Shown in pieces: positions 1 to 13,900 of a DNA stretch of 64,000 nt. Positions within the stretch are counted from its first letter, which is position 1. The number at the start of each line of letters is the position of its first letter. Origin of the DNA: Malacoraja senta (lineage: Eukaryota); NCBI GenBank assembly GCA_038087875.1, contig CM075991.1:5952001-6016000 (forward strand). The letters run 5' to 3'. Under the pieces are notes generated by a model. That model did not search any database. It saw nothing but the letters and a program-made list of their open reading frames with translations, and was not told the origin of the DNA. The translations under genes and the position numbers were made by a program.

Positions 1-195
1 TGGCGGGACTGTCATATGCTGAGAGAATGGAGCAGCTGGGCTTGTGCACTCTGGAGGATGTGCACACTGAGAAGGATGAGAGGGGATCTCATTGAAACAT
101 ATAAGATTGTTAAGGGCTTGGACAAACTAGAGGCAGAAACATGTTCCCGATGTTGGGGGAGTCCAGAACCAGGGGCCACAGTTTAAGAATAAGAA
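1..195 (+). mobile_element. CR1-type LINE, 3' part of ORF2 (fragment)
   Basis: Same C-terminal RT-region sequence (GLSYAERMEQLGL...RMRGDLIETYKI...SRTRGHSL) as the other CR1 copies in the window; contains an internal duplication. Confidence 0.8.
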
Positions 196-199
196 TGTT

Positions 200-1365
200 T
201 AAGAATGATTTTACTCTGCCTTGGTCCACGCTTGCTTCTGACATATTCGAGTAGCGTGGCAAACAGTATCTGGTTCTTGTTGACTCGTATTCGGGCTGGT
301 ACGAAATCGACCTGCTCCAAAGCCCAACATCCGCTGCAGTAATCCAAAAGCTGGCGCGCCATTTCGCCATACACGGTGCCCCCGCACGCCACTTGTCAGA
401 TAACGGCAGTCAGTCAACTAGCCAGTGTTTTAGAAACTTTGCTCAACGATGGGATTTTCGCCATGTCAACAGCAGTCCAGAATTCCCACAATCAAGCTTA
501 CTTGCAGAACGGGCTGTCCGGAGCGCCAAGCAATTGATGGAGCGCTCACACTTTGCTAAATCCCATGTCTCACCTGCGAAACCTGAGAAACATCGCCTGA
601 GACCCAATACTCGGGTCTCCTGCCCAACACCTGTTGTCCCGACATCCCGTGCTGCACTTCCTGAGCCCCAACATCTACTGCAGCCACAGTTTCGTTCACC
701 ACTTGCCATCCAGAAGCAACTCCAAATGAAACGCGATACCCAAACACGATTTTTTGACCACTTAAACCTCTACCCAGTGGCCAAGTCGCTCGCCTTCAAA
801 CCAACAAGGATTGCGACGTTTGGGCTTCATCCACAATTCCGAAAAAGATTTGCGCTCATGCCTGGTGAGTGCAGAGGAGGGATCTACAGGCGCAACCGTC
901 AACATCTCCTTCCTGTGAAGGAACCACGTCCTGCTGTCTCGTGTCCTGATGCGACGCGTCCGATCTACACATCTACTGACGGACTTTCTCCTCTCTCACG
1001 ACGTGCAGCTGCAGACCAACCATTGATTTTGACTCCAGCTCCCTCACCACCACCCTCGGTGCTCCGCTCGTCTGCCTCGCCGTGTTTGTCCCCCGAGTCC
1101 CCGGTGCTCCCGCCGCACGGTGAAGGGAGGAAATGCGGATCTGGACCGATGCGCGCGGAATGGGTTTGTAGGCCGCCCTTTAGATATGGGGACTTTGTTT
1201 GTATCAATAGTACGTATGCGCTATTCGCGCTTCGGTTACATTATTAATCAGTCAGCTGGTAGTAACGTGCTTCTACATATATATCACTTTATTGTAGATG
1301 TGTTTCACTTTATATTCTTACAAGAAAGATGTAGTTTTGTTACTTTACCTACTAACTAATGTAGT
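200..1365 (+). mobile_element. Gypsy/Ty3 LTR retrotransposon fragment: integrase core and C-terminus, PPT, start of 3' LTR
   Basis: Reads DIFE*RGKQYLVLVDSYSGWYEID...LARHFAIHGAP..LSDNGSQ (rve core), then YRRNRQHL and ...PPFRYGDFV; purine tract followed by TGTAG at ~1330; frameshifted. Confidence 0.85.
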
Positions 1366-4300
1366 ACATAGATACATAGATACATAGAAAATAGGTGCAG
1401 GAGTAGGCCATTCGGCCCTTCGAGCCTGCACCGCCATTCAATATGATCATGGCTGATCATCCAACTCAGTATCCCGTACCTGCCTTCTCTCCATACCACG
1501 TGATCCCCTTAGCCACAAGGGCCACATATAACTCCCTCTTAAATATAGCCAATGAACTGGCCTCAACTACCCTCTGTGGAGAGAGTTCCAGTGATTCACC
1601 ACTCTCTGTGTGAAAAGGTTTTTCCTCATCTCGGTCTTAAAGGATTTCCCCCTTATCCTTTAGCTGTGACCCCTTGTCCTGGACTTCCCCAACATCGGGA
1701 ACAATCTTCCTGCATCTAGCCTGTCCAACCCCATAAGAATTTTGTACGTTTCTATAAGATCCCCTCTCAATCTCCTAAATTCTAGCGAGTATAAGCCAAG
1801 TCTATCCAGTCTTTCTTCATATGAAAGTCCTGACATCCCAGGAATCAGTCTGGTGAACCTTCTCTGCACTCCCTCTATGGGTATAATGTCCTTCCTCAGA
1901 TTTGGAGACCAAAACTGTACGCAATACTCCAGGTGTGGTCTCACCAAGACCCTGTACAACTGCAGTAGAACCTCCCTGCTCCTATGCTCAAATCCTCTTG
2001 CTATGAAAGCCAACATACCAGTCGCTTTCTTCACTGCCTGCTGCACCTGCATGCCTACTTTCAATGACTGGTGTACCATGACACCCAGGTCTCTCTGCAT
2101 CTCCCCATTTCCTAATCGGCCACCATTTAGATAATAGTCTGCCTTCCCGTTTTTGCCACCAAAGTGGATAACCTCACATTGATCCACATTATACTGCATC
2201 TGCTAAACATTTGCCCGCTCACCCAGCCTATCCAAGTCACCTTGCAGTCTCCTAGCATCCTCCTCACAGCTAACACTGCCCCCCCAGCTTAGTGTCATCC
2301 GCAAACCTGGAGATGTTGCTTTCAATTCCCTCATCCAGCTCATTAATATAAATTGTAAATAGCTGGGGTCCCAGCACTGAGCCTTGCGGTACCCCACTAG
2401 TCACTGCCTGCCATTGTGAAAAGGACCCGTTTACTCCTACTCTTTGCTTCCTGTTTGCCAGCCAGTTCTCTATCCACATCAATACTGAACCCCCAATACC
2501 GTGTGATTTAAGTTTGTATCCTAATCTCTTATGTGGTACCTTGTCGAAAGCCTTCTGAAAGTCCAGATACAACACATCCACTGGTTCTCCCCAATATCCA
2601 CTCTACTCGTTACATCCTCGAAAAATTCTATAAGATTCGTCAGACACGATTGACCTTTCGTAAATCCATGCAGACTTTGTCCAATGATTTCACCACTTTC
2701 CAAATGTGCTGCTATCCCATCTTTCATAACTGACTGTTAGACTAACTGGTCTGTAATTCCCCGTTTTCTCTCTCCCTCCCTTCTTAAAAAGTGGGGTTAC
2801 GTTTGCTACCCTCCAATCCTTAGGAACTACTCCAGAATCTAAAGAGTTTTGAAAAATTATCACTAATGCATCCACTATTTCTGGAGCTACTTCCTTAAGT
2901 ACTCTGGGATGCAGCCTATCTGGCCCTGGTGATTTATCGGCCTTTAATCCATTCTATTTACCCAACACCACTTCCTGACTAACCTGGATTTCACTCAGTT
3001 CCTCCATCTCCTTTGACCCGCAGCCCCCTGCTATTTCCGGCAGATTATTTATGTCTTCCTTAGTGAAGACGAAACCAAAGTAGTTATTCAATTGGTCTGC
3101 CATATCCTTGTTCCCCATGATCAATTCACCTGTTTCTGACTGCAAGGGACCTACATTTGTTTTAACTTATCTCTTTCTCTTCACATATCTATAAAAACTT
3201 TTGCAGTCAGTTTTTATGTTCCCTGCCAGTTTCCTTTCATAATCTATTTTCCCTTTCCTAATTAAGCCCTTTGTCCTCCTCTGCTGGTCTCTGAATTTCT
3301 CGCAGTCCTCTGGTATGCTGCTTTTTCTGGCCAATTTGTACGCTTCATCTTTTGCTTTGATACTATCCCTGATTTCCCTTGTTATCCACGGATGCACTAC
3401 CTTCCCTGATTTATTCTTTTGCCAAACTGGGATGAACAATTTTTGTAGTTCATCCATGCAGTCTTTAAATGCCTTCCATTGCATATCCACCGTCAACCAT
3501 TTTAGAACTAATTACCAGTCAATCTTGGCCAATTCACGTCTTATACCCTCAAAGTTACCTGTCTTTAAGTTCAGAACCGTTGTTTCTAAATTAACAATGT
3601 CACTCTCCATCCTAATGAAGAACTGAACCATATTATGGTCACTCTTGCCCAAGGGGGCACGCACAACAAGACTGCTAACTAACCCTTCCTCATTACTCAA
3701 TACCCAGTCTAGAATAGCCTGCTCTCTCGTTGGTTCCTCTACATGTTGGTTTAGATAACTATCCCGCATACATTCCAAGAAATCCTCTTCCTCAGCACCC
3801 CTGCCAATTTGATTCACCCAATCTATATGTAGATTGAAGTCACCCATTATACATGTTTTGCCTTTGTTGCACGCATTTCTCATTTCCTGTTTGATGCCAT
3901 CCCCAACTTCACTACTACTGCTAGGTGGCCTGTACACAACACCCACCAGCGTTTTCTGCCCCTTAGTGTTTCGCAGCTCTACCCATACCGATTCCACATC
4001 CTCCAAGCTAATGTCCTTCCTTTCCACTGCGTTAATCTCCTCTCTAACCAGCAACGCTACCCCACCTCCTTTTCCTTTCTGTCTATCCCTCCTGAATATT
4101 GAATATCCCTGGATGTTCAGCTCCCAGCCTTGGTCACCCTGGAGCCATGTCTCCGTGATCCCAACTATATCATAATCATTAATTGCTATCTGCACGTTCA
4201 ACACATCCACCTTATTACGAATGCTCCTTGCATTGAGACACAAAGCCTCCAGGCTTGTTTTTACAACGCTCTTACCCCTTATACAATTATGTTGAAAAGT

Positions 4301-4540
4301 GGCCCTTTTCGATTTTTGACCTGGATTTGTCTGCCTGACACTTTTACTTTTCACCTTGCTACCTATTGCTTCCGCCCGCATTTTACACCCCTCTGTTTCT
4401 CTGCTCACCCATTTAAGAACCCCACCACCTCTTATTCTCTGTTTATTGTTGTTTTCTTCTTCCCCCCCTACATGTTGGGTCTGAGTGCTTTCCTTCTCTG
4501 CCTCCTGCCTCACACACTGTCTAATAGCATTCTCTATTCT
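1366..4540 (-). mobile_element. CR1-type LINE ORF2 (APE endonuclease + reverse transcriptase), decayed, with 3' tail
   Basis: ORFs 3512-4513 (CLNARS, GITETW, GDFN, SDH), 2270-2581 ([27 protein letters not shown]), 1660-2199; (CTATGTAT)n-like tail at ~1366-1390. Confidence 0.95.
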
Positions 4541-5089
4541 CTATCTAGTGTTTTATTATTTAAAGCCACACCTACTACCACGCCATTAATATTATGGCAA
4601 CCCGACATGCGCTGTCAGTCAGTACTTCTGCATGATAGGAGTAACATGCTGAAGTGTTTTGTAGACGTTTCTTAATAAATATTGTTAAACCAGATCTGTG
4701 AGTACGTGTGATTTACTCAACAAGCTTTTAGCCTGTTCCGAATCTCCTCCCGCTTACCTCAATGTTTTTTTCCGACTTGTTCCCGGAGCCGCGCTCCCAT
4801 CGTTGTTGCCGCGGATCGCTCTCATGATCTCTGCGGGCCATGCTGGATCGGTGAATAAAGTGTCTACAAAGAATGGGTTACGCTAAAGTATGTTTGAACG
4901 TGTTTTACGGTCGTAGAGTGTTAGTGCTGATGTGCTAGTCTGAAAGATATTAAAAATAAAAGTAATAGTTTAAAAAACTCACAATCTCCACGGAGCTGCC
5001 ACGATGGCAACTGGACCAGGCCGCGCCATCTTGAGAGGGCGGTTCTTCAGGAGCTGACTGTGACTGGACCCGGCCGCGCCATCCATTAT

Positions 5090-6420
5090 ACTTCTTTTAC
5101 TTCGCGCATTCATATATAATACTTTAAATCCATTACTCACCTCACCTTTCACATCGATTCTTATTTGACTTGGTCATACCTATCCCTTCGTGAGCTTCCT
5201 GCCCCGTTAATTCTGGTGTCTTTCTTAACTTTTCCTATCCTCTCTTTCCCTTTAACTCGATCCTTATATTTCAAATTTGACTGCTGCCCCCCCCCCACCC
5301 CACCCCCACTATTAATTTACACCCACGTGTAGCAGTGGCAAACCGTCCTGCCAGAATGCTGGTCCCCCGCATGTTAAGGTGCAACAAGTGCCTTTTATAC
5401 AACTCACCCGTTCCTCAAAACAGATCTCTAAGAATCTACATCCCTGCCTCCTGCATCAGCTCCTCAGCTACACATTCAGATCCCCTATCTCCCTGTTCCC
5501 GCCCTCACCAGCACGGGGAACTGGAAGCAAACCACACATAACCACCCTGGAGTTCCTGCTTTTCTGCCTTCTTCCGCGCTTTCTGAAGTCACGCTGCAGA
5601 ATCTCTTTCCTCATTTCCCGCCGTCATTTGTACCGACATGCACTACCACTTCTGGCTGCTCACTTTCCCCCTTGAGGATGCTCTGTAATCGGTCCATGGC
5701 GACCTGGATCTTGGCACCAAGGAGGCAACACACCATCCTTGAATCCCGCCTGTTATCGCACAAACCCCTGTCTGTACCTCTCGCGATCGTCCCCGACTAC
5801 CACGGCTCTGCCTGACGTCTGTCATTTCGGCTTTGAATCAGCGCTACGTTTTGACTCGCAGACTTGTCTCTTCTGTCCCGACAGCTTCCAAGAGGGTGAA
5901 CCTGTTTTTCAAGAGGTACATCCCCCGGGGTCTCCTATACTCTCCAGCTTCCTTCCCATCCTCATCGTCACCCACCTTCTCTCTTCAGGTACCCTCGGTA
6001 TAACAATCTCGCTGTATGTCCTGTCCAGCAAACTCTCGTTTTACCGGATGATCCTGAGGTCATCCAATTGCCTCTCCAGTGCCCCAACACGGTCCTTCAG
6101 GAGCTGAACCAGGATACTTCCACAATTGTAACAGCCAGAAGTACCAGCAGTGTCCCTGTGCTCCAACATCGTGTAAGCATCGCACTGAATCAGCGTACCT
6201 GTCATTTCTTCTCTGCGTCTCACCCTCTCCAACTTTTGGCGTAGTCTCCTCCCACAGCCTCCTCGATGAAGACTCTCGAGCCAAAGACTCGTACTTTTCT
6301 CACAAGACCCACGATCCAAAGACTCGCACTTTTCTCACAAGTTACTTCCCTCGACAAGGCCGCTCCCCGACAGGCCACTCCACTAGAGCAAGTCTTGCTT
6401 ATATTGGCTGATAAAGTGAC
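5090..6420 (-). mobile_element. CR1-type LINE ORF1 region (Zn-finger/coiled coil + esterase-like), decayed
   Basis: IQCDAYTMLE...YNCGSILVQLLKDRVGALERQLDDLRIIR and a frameshifted GDS...RMVCCLPGA-like segment, typical of CR1 ORF1. Confidence 0.75.
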
Positions 6421-6499
6421 CAATTCGCTAACTTACAATTTGTTGGTAATTATATTCCTCAGCCAATACCCTCACTCACTCTTTCACCTGCCGATCCTC

Positions 6500-6950
6500 T
6501 GCCAACCTTGACTAACCCGCGCTTGGTCCCTATCCTCCAAACCTGTACTATCCTTGCACCTGTCTAACTGTTTCTTAAAGTATGGGATAGTCCCAGCCTC
6601 AGCCACCTCTGCTGGCAGCTTGTACCACACACTCACTATCCTTTTTGTGACAAGGTTACACCTCGGATTCCTACTCAATCATTTCCTTGAACATAAGTCT
6701 TCTGGCAATCGATAGATCTATACTTGGCCAGAGACTCTGTGCATCTACCCGATCTATTTATCTCATGATTTGTACACCTCTATAAGACCACCCATCATCC
6801 TCCTGCTCTACATGGAATTGACTACTCAACCTCTCCCTATAGCTCACACCTTCCAGTCCTAGCAACATCCTCATTAACCTTTTCTGAACACATTCAAGCT
6901 TGACAATATATTTCCTATCACATAGTGCCCAGAAATGGACACACTGTTCT
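6500..6950 (-). mobile_element. CR1 LINE 3' fragment
   Basis: HLEQCVHFWA..RKYIVKLECVQKRLMRML; KRIVSVWYKLPAEVAEA. Confidence 0.75.
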
Positions 6951-6957
6951 AGATGCT

Positions 6958-7968
6958 CAGGCACAGGGTGGCATTCTAATGTTCGCTACCCACCAAGTCC
7001 CCAATTTGATATCGAATCAACAACTGGAAAAATTGAGTCAAGATATGCAATGTGACTGTCACGTAAGATCGTTGTCTATAGCGAGAAAACTGGATCGGAT
7101 ATACCAAGATGCTCAGGGAACATATATTTTTGGACTTCTTCTCCATGTCCTACGCCAGCTGAAGAATAAGACGTTTATCCTATACCAGTTGCATTTATTG
7201 GGCAGTATAAACAATGAGCTTCGATAACAATGCACTATGCTCTTGAACATAATGTGATAATTGATAAAGTATCAAGGGGCATCATAATGGACCGGTCATC
7301 AAACAAGAAATAATGAGTAGGATGGAGTTTGGTTGAGGATTTACTCATTATAATAACGGTAAGCTTTAGATTGATCTAAAACCTAATGCTTCTTTTGCTA
7401 GTGTTGCCTATACATGGGAAAATATTAGGTCGCTGCCTCTGCTAAGTGGCATTGAACGAGTGGTCGGGAATGTACTCTACGTTGGCATAATATTATAAAC
7501 TGGAGTTTTACGAGACAGATCACTATCCGAGACAAGAACTTAATGGTACCGTCGGTGGGAAAATCGATAACAGTAAGCTTCATTGACTCGGACGAGACAT
7601 TAAGAAGATTTATCGCAAACAAACTTCAACCAATACCATACCTCCATGCTGATTGGAAGACACTGACTAAGGAGGGTGAAATGGTTATACATGACTGGGA
7701 TGAGAGCACTAAGCCTATTCGGATGAATGGCAGCGAAGCAGAGGACATATTGGAGAAAATGGACTTGGTGGAAAAGAGCCTGGAACTGGGGTCTGAATAC
7801 TAACGTGCACCCTTTGATTAGTTTTTGTACAGTTATTGATAGTGATTACTTTGTTCTTATTTTTGGTTTCACGGGATGTTGAAAGCCCTGATTTTAGTTA
7901 GGAGGAAGAGGGGATAACAGACAACAATTAGTTTCAGTAGGTGTATTAGTGGGTGCTGGTTAATATGG
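6958..7968 (+). pseudogene. Decayed viral envelope/fusion glycoprotein gene (env/F-like), copy 1, C-terminal two thirds
   Basis: Inverted homolog of 19405-21895; ends with WWKR.WNWG..NVHPLISF followed by a hydrophobic TM-like stretch; stops and frameshifts. Confidence 0.65.
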
Positions 7969-10919
7969 ATTTTACTTCGGAGTCACGTGAGTGACTACGT
8001 GAAGAACCCGCCAGCCCGCATGCGCGTATTACGTCTAACGCATGGCGCAGCGACTAAGTTTAAAGACCTCCAGGTAAGTTCTCGAACTCAGCTTGCGGTC
8101 GTTTTTCCTCGTTCTTATTACAGGTTAAGAACAAACAACTATGGACAAGGCGAGGGTGAAGTCCAGACGGGCCGCAGGGAGAACCGCTACGGAAGACCGC
8201 GGCAGTACGGTTAGCGGGCGGTCGTCGGTTTCACCATCACGGTCACTGGCAGCACAGCCAGCGACTTCGGACGCGGTGCCCGTAGAAAGCACCGTGGCTA
8301 CGCGAGAGTTGGCAAGGCCAAAAAGAAGTACGACAGACCGGTTGACTCGGACAAGTCCAGTCGGGAGGGTTCACCTCCTCCAGCAGGGAACATCTTCGGA
8401 CATCGTTCCCGTATGGATCATCTAATGGAGGAGATGCTCCAACATGATATACTCCATGGACGGGAGTCATATCAGCGGGGGGCTCCAGGTCCAGCGGCAG
8501 CGCATGGCGCAGGGCTGCATTATATCTCCCTATTTAAGGAAGGGAGCGTAGGTCATCAGTCCTGGGTTGGCTCACACTACAGTGGTATGTCGGGGGAACG
8601 CTCCACGAAACAAGATCTGCGTGAAGCAGAGATACCCACTATGGTGCCGAAATTTGCATTGCCGTCGCAAATCGGCGAGCCACTGGACGAAGAACTAGCG
8701 GCCAGTATCAATTACCTGGCTTCTCACCAGCTACAGGAAGAGCTAATGTTGGAGACGGCCATGAAATACCACACACACAGCAACTGCGCCTCGCTAAGAG
8801 TTCTGGCCGTAAATAGCTCCATTTGGAGTTACATGGGTGGAGGCATAAAGATTCAGGAGGTTAAACTCCAAAGGATCCTGAGCCTGCTGGCATCCGGGGT
8901 CACGGCCTTCGGCAGGTCAATGGACGGAAGCGCCCTGTCTGAGGTTCAACGGAACGCATTGGCACTGATGTGCAATGCACATTTTCAGATAAATTGCTTT
9001 TGCAAGAATGCCATTCGTCCTGTCCTCAATCCCAAGTTTGCGGGTTTATGCAGGTCCAGCAATGTGCAGCCGGCCAATTATTTATTTGGGAAAGACCTGT
9101 CCAAACAAGTCAAGGACCTGGAATTAGAATCAAAGGCTGTGGGGCTTCTCAGAGCTGCACCAGCGAACAGACCTTTGTCGTTCCAACGGCAGCACCCTTA
9201 TGCCTCTACCAGCAACAGACGTACAGGAGCCAGTACCAGCTCAAGGACCGAAAGAACCAGCAAAGGGTCTTTTTTAGGACAAGGCTCAGGCCGGCCGACA
9301 TCGAAGATGCGCAGTTGGCGCACTCCAATACCCTTACCCCTCAAACATCGAGGGCGGATATAAACATCGCAGAACCACCAATATCTATGGAGGTAGGTGG
9401 GTCTGGTTCTCGATGGAACATGCGGTGTGTGGGTCAATCACATGTTGGTGGGATATTACGTTTCTTTTTGAATGAATGGCGTTCGATAACATCGAATTTG
9501 TTTATACTGCACAGTATAGATGATTTCCAAATTGAATTTTCTGATTCACTTCCACCCACACAGCATACTCCAAACCATACTTTTGTTTGTTCACAACAAA
9601 ACGGTTTGGCTGTACAAATTGAAATTCAATCATTATATTCAAAAAGGGTAATTGAGAAGTCGAATCATGAATCTCGCCAATTTGTGTCCAATATATTGAC
9701 AAGACAAAAGAAAAATGGGGGATGCCGAGTCATCCTGGACTTGACCCAACTAAACACCTTTGTGCAGTACAGACATTTAAAAATGGTAAATTGTGTTACT
9801 CCCAAACAATTGATTTCCAAAGAATGTTATATGGCATACATCGATCTTAAAGATGCATACTATTCGGTGCCTATTCATAAGGATCACCGGAAATACTTAA
9901 AATTCAACTGGATGGGGCAGCTTCGGCAGTTTAAAGCATTGCCTAATATGTTAACTTCAGCCCCCAGATTATGCACCAAATTATTAAAACCAGTTCTTGC
10001 TCTTTTACGAGCGCAAAAACACACCGTAATGGCGTACTTGGACGATATCCTTATTATAGGCAAGACTCTGGAATTGTTTTTTTCAGCGGTCTCAGCCACC
10101 AAGCTCTTATTTGAGCGATTGGGATTTCTCATCCATCCAGTTAAATCCAAGTTGACACCATCCAAAGTTATGGATTATTTGGGATTCACTATTAACTCTG
10201 TTCATATGTCTGTAACTCTGCCTTGGAGCAAGAGATTGGAGTTAATAGAGTGCTGTAATTACCTCTTAATGAAGCAACAGCCTTCCATCGGACAAGTGGC
10301 CAGTTTAATTGGCAAATTAGTGGCTGCTTTCCCAGCTGTAACATTTGGACCTTTGTATTATCAACAATCACAACGAGCAAAGGTGCAGGCACTCAAACAT
10401 CATTGAGATCACTTTGACAGTCCTATGCAATTGCCGGCTGAACCATTGCTGAGTTACAATGGTGGAAGTCCAATATTCAGCATTGCTCTAGCAATATTTC
10501 GGTTGATGGTCCGTCAGTTATTTTACAAACGGATGCCAGTGCTATGGGATGCGGCGCTACTGACACCATCTTTGGCTGCGGTGGCAGATGGAACATGCAT
10601 GAGCTATCATTATTTCAGTTGCATGGTGTTAATTATTTGGAGTTACTGGCAGCTCTCTGTGGATTGAGGGCTTATTGCGGGTATATGCACCATCTGCATG
10701 TTCGATTACAGATTGATAACACCACAGCGGTGGCATACATGAATCACACGGGTGGAATCAAGACAGTATCCTGTGATAAATTGGCTAACCTCCTTTGGCA
10801 CTGGTGCATTGCAAGATATATTTGGGTTTCAGCTACACACCTGCCAGGTAGGTTTAATACGGTGGCAGACACTAGGTCATGCAAATTAAATGACAACACA
10901 GAATGGATGTTGAATCATA

Positions 10920-13900
10920 GAGTGGCGGCGTGCACCTAGCTCTGCTCCCGAAAAAATTCGCGATTTCTCGCGTTAAAACGGGTCCATAACTCGGAATTGG
11001 ATTAAAAATCTTACCGGAGCTTCTGGTCGCCGGGCTGATTACGTCATCAGTAAGCGCGATGTTTTAAACGGTGGCTTAAAGCCTTTTAAATGAGAAAACT
11101 GTCTCCAGCCAAGAGCCCTCAGAGATCAGTTAAAAAACAGCTGCTGAAAAATTTGAAGAAGCCTGAAGGACAAGTTACCTGAAGTTTCTGAAGTGGCTGT
11201 AGAAATGGATACAAGATCTAAGACAGAGCTGACTAAGGATAAAGAACTTGAGGATTTGAAGAAATCAGTGAAGGATATGAAAGATGAAATTATGGATGAA
11301 AATAAAGCTCTGATTGGACAAATGATGGAAAAAATCGAAAAGATGATGTGGATTCGAATGCTGCTAATCAGAAGATGGCTGATTCTATAAATAAACGAAT
11401 TGATGATGTGAAAGATGGACTATCGGGGAGAATTGATAAGATGGAAAAAATTACTATGGACAGGTTCACTGCTGTGCTTTTAACAGTAGCTGCAAGTATG
11501 GCCACAATTACGGAATTGGAGAAAAATATGGCTCGAGTGGTTGAAGACATGGTGAAAATGAGGCAAGAACATGATCAAATGAAGCAAGAATATGAACAAA
11601 CTTCAGTACAGATGACGACTCAACTGGGGAAAGTTTCAGATAAATGCCTGGACCTGGAAGCTCGCTCTAGACGCCAGAATTTGAGAATTCTTGGAGTCTC
11701 AGAGGGAACTGAGGGAAGGGACGTTCGTGAGTTTGCCATGGACTTACTTAAACAACTGCTTAATCTCTCCAAAGAACCGAAAATTGAAGTGGCTCATCGG
11801 GTTCCAAGATTTAAACCGAGACCTCAAGCTGGAAAAGACCACCCACGACATGTTATTGTGAAATTTCGAGACATTTCAGAACTGGAAGAGGTGATGAGTA
11901 AAATTAAATATGGAGTGCAATTGCGGATGGATAATGACATTATCAAAATATTCAGGGACTATCCATATGAAATTGTGCAAAAGAGAAATCAATTCGGAAA
12001 GGCAAAATAACTTTTAAGAGTTAAACAAGGTGTTAGATACGGTGTTTTTTATCCAGACAAAATGCGTATTTCTTATAATGGACGTGAAAGATCATTTGTA
12101 AAACTGGAGGCGTAGTACAAATATGCCCAGAGCATCGTTGAAAAGTAAAAATTAATGGCATGAATAAATCCTCTTTTTTATTAGAATTCCACGGTTATTG
12201 GAGGTTTGGCAGCTCAGAACCATTTCAAGCAGTGTTTTGTTTAGGATGGCGAGACTGTTATCTGTGGAATTTTGACTCAAGGACATTCTGTGTTCCAAAC
12301 GAAGTAAACAGCCGGACTGAAGAAAATGGACTATACCAGAAGCATTAATTGTTTAACAGATTATAATATTATATCCAATTGTAAGAATTGATCCTATTAA
12401 CAACCTAACAATTTAACAAGTTATCAATATTAAACTAGAATAGTAACGGACGCTAATAAAAATAAAAAATAACGAACTAAAAAAACTAATATAAATGTTT
12501 ACTAAATCCAAACCTTATCTATAACTGGGAGGAGGGGATGAGAAACGAGCACCTGGCTTAGGTCCAGGGGCGCGTTTCGCTAACCCCTTCAACCATCAGT
12601 TGACTATTATTGAAGCTAAAATCATTTGTTTAATAATTAGTAGCTAAAATTGCGATATATATATATGATATGTTATAATGAAATATATAGGGTAAATTTG
12701 TATCATATATCTGAATGTGAGGCCCCGTTCTAATATGCTATGATTAACCAAGAGAGCGGAGTTATTTGTTTAACATCAACAATGGAAGTCGAAACAACGT
12801 TTTCTCCCACCTACAGGTGGGCCACTTGTTACAGTGTCAACTATTTTAGACACTATTTTCACTTTTTCAATTTTTTTTAAATTATTATTATCACATAAAC
12901 TCACATGTTTGTGTTTTGTGTTCAGTGATAAGCGTAAAAGGGATATGCCAACAAAACTTAGTAATTCAAAGGTTCCCCAATACACAAAGACCTGGGATAT
13001 GGTTGCACCACAAGATTTAAACGTACTATAATTATTCAAAATGCAAGATGCTAAACAAAAGAACCTAGGAGGCGTCTCATTCTGCAGTTGGAATATAAGA
13101 GGTATTAACGAACCTATTAAAAGGGGTAAGATACTAGTTCAGCTGAAACTGTACAACTCTGACATCATCTTCTTACAAGAAACTCATCTAAAATCTCAGG
13201 ATCAAGCTAGGTTGAGGGCGAAATGGATAGGTCAAATATACCATTCTTCATATACTTCGAAATCTAGAGGTACGTCAATCATTATTAGAAAATGTATACC
13301 ATTCAAAGCAAAGAATACCATAACAGACATTGAAGGGAGATATTTGATAGTTAACGGAGAAATTTATGATACTCCAATTACTTTGGTCAATATATACGCA
13401 CCTAACTTTGACAACCCTCATTCTTTCAATAACATTCTGAACATAATCGCAGAGTTTAATTATCAAAATGTTATAATAGGAGGAGACTGTAACTGTGTTT
13501 TAGATCCGTATTTAGACAAATCAAGCCAAACACAGAGAGGGAATACGAAATCTAAAACCGGTGAACTTTTAAATACTTATATAAACAATACTAATATAGC
13601 AGATGTTTGGAAAATTGCTCATCCAACTGGCAGGGAATACTCGTTTTATTCAATGGTACATAAAACATACTCAAGTATAGATTATTTCCTGCTGGATACA
13701 AAATTAATCCCTCACACTTTGAACCCAGCATACCATACAAACTCGATTTCAGAACATTCACCACTAACTTTATTTTTAAAACTGGAAGGAATGTCTAAGA
13801 ATAAATCGTTTTGGAGATTTAATTCTCAAATCCTAAAAGATCCGCAAGCGAGTATATATTTAAAAGAACAAATGGACACCTTTTTTGAAATAAATGACAC

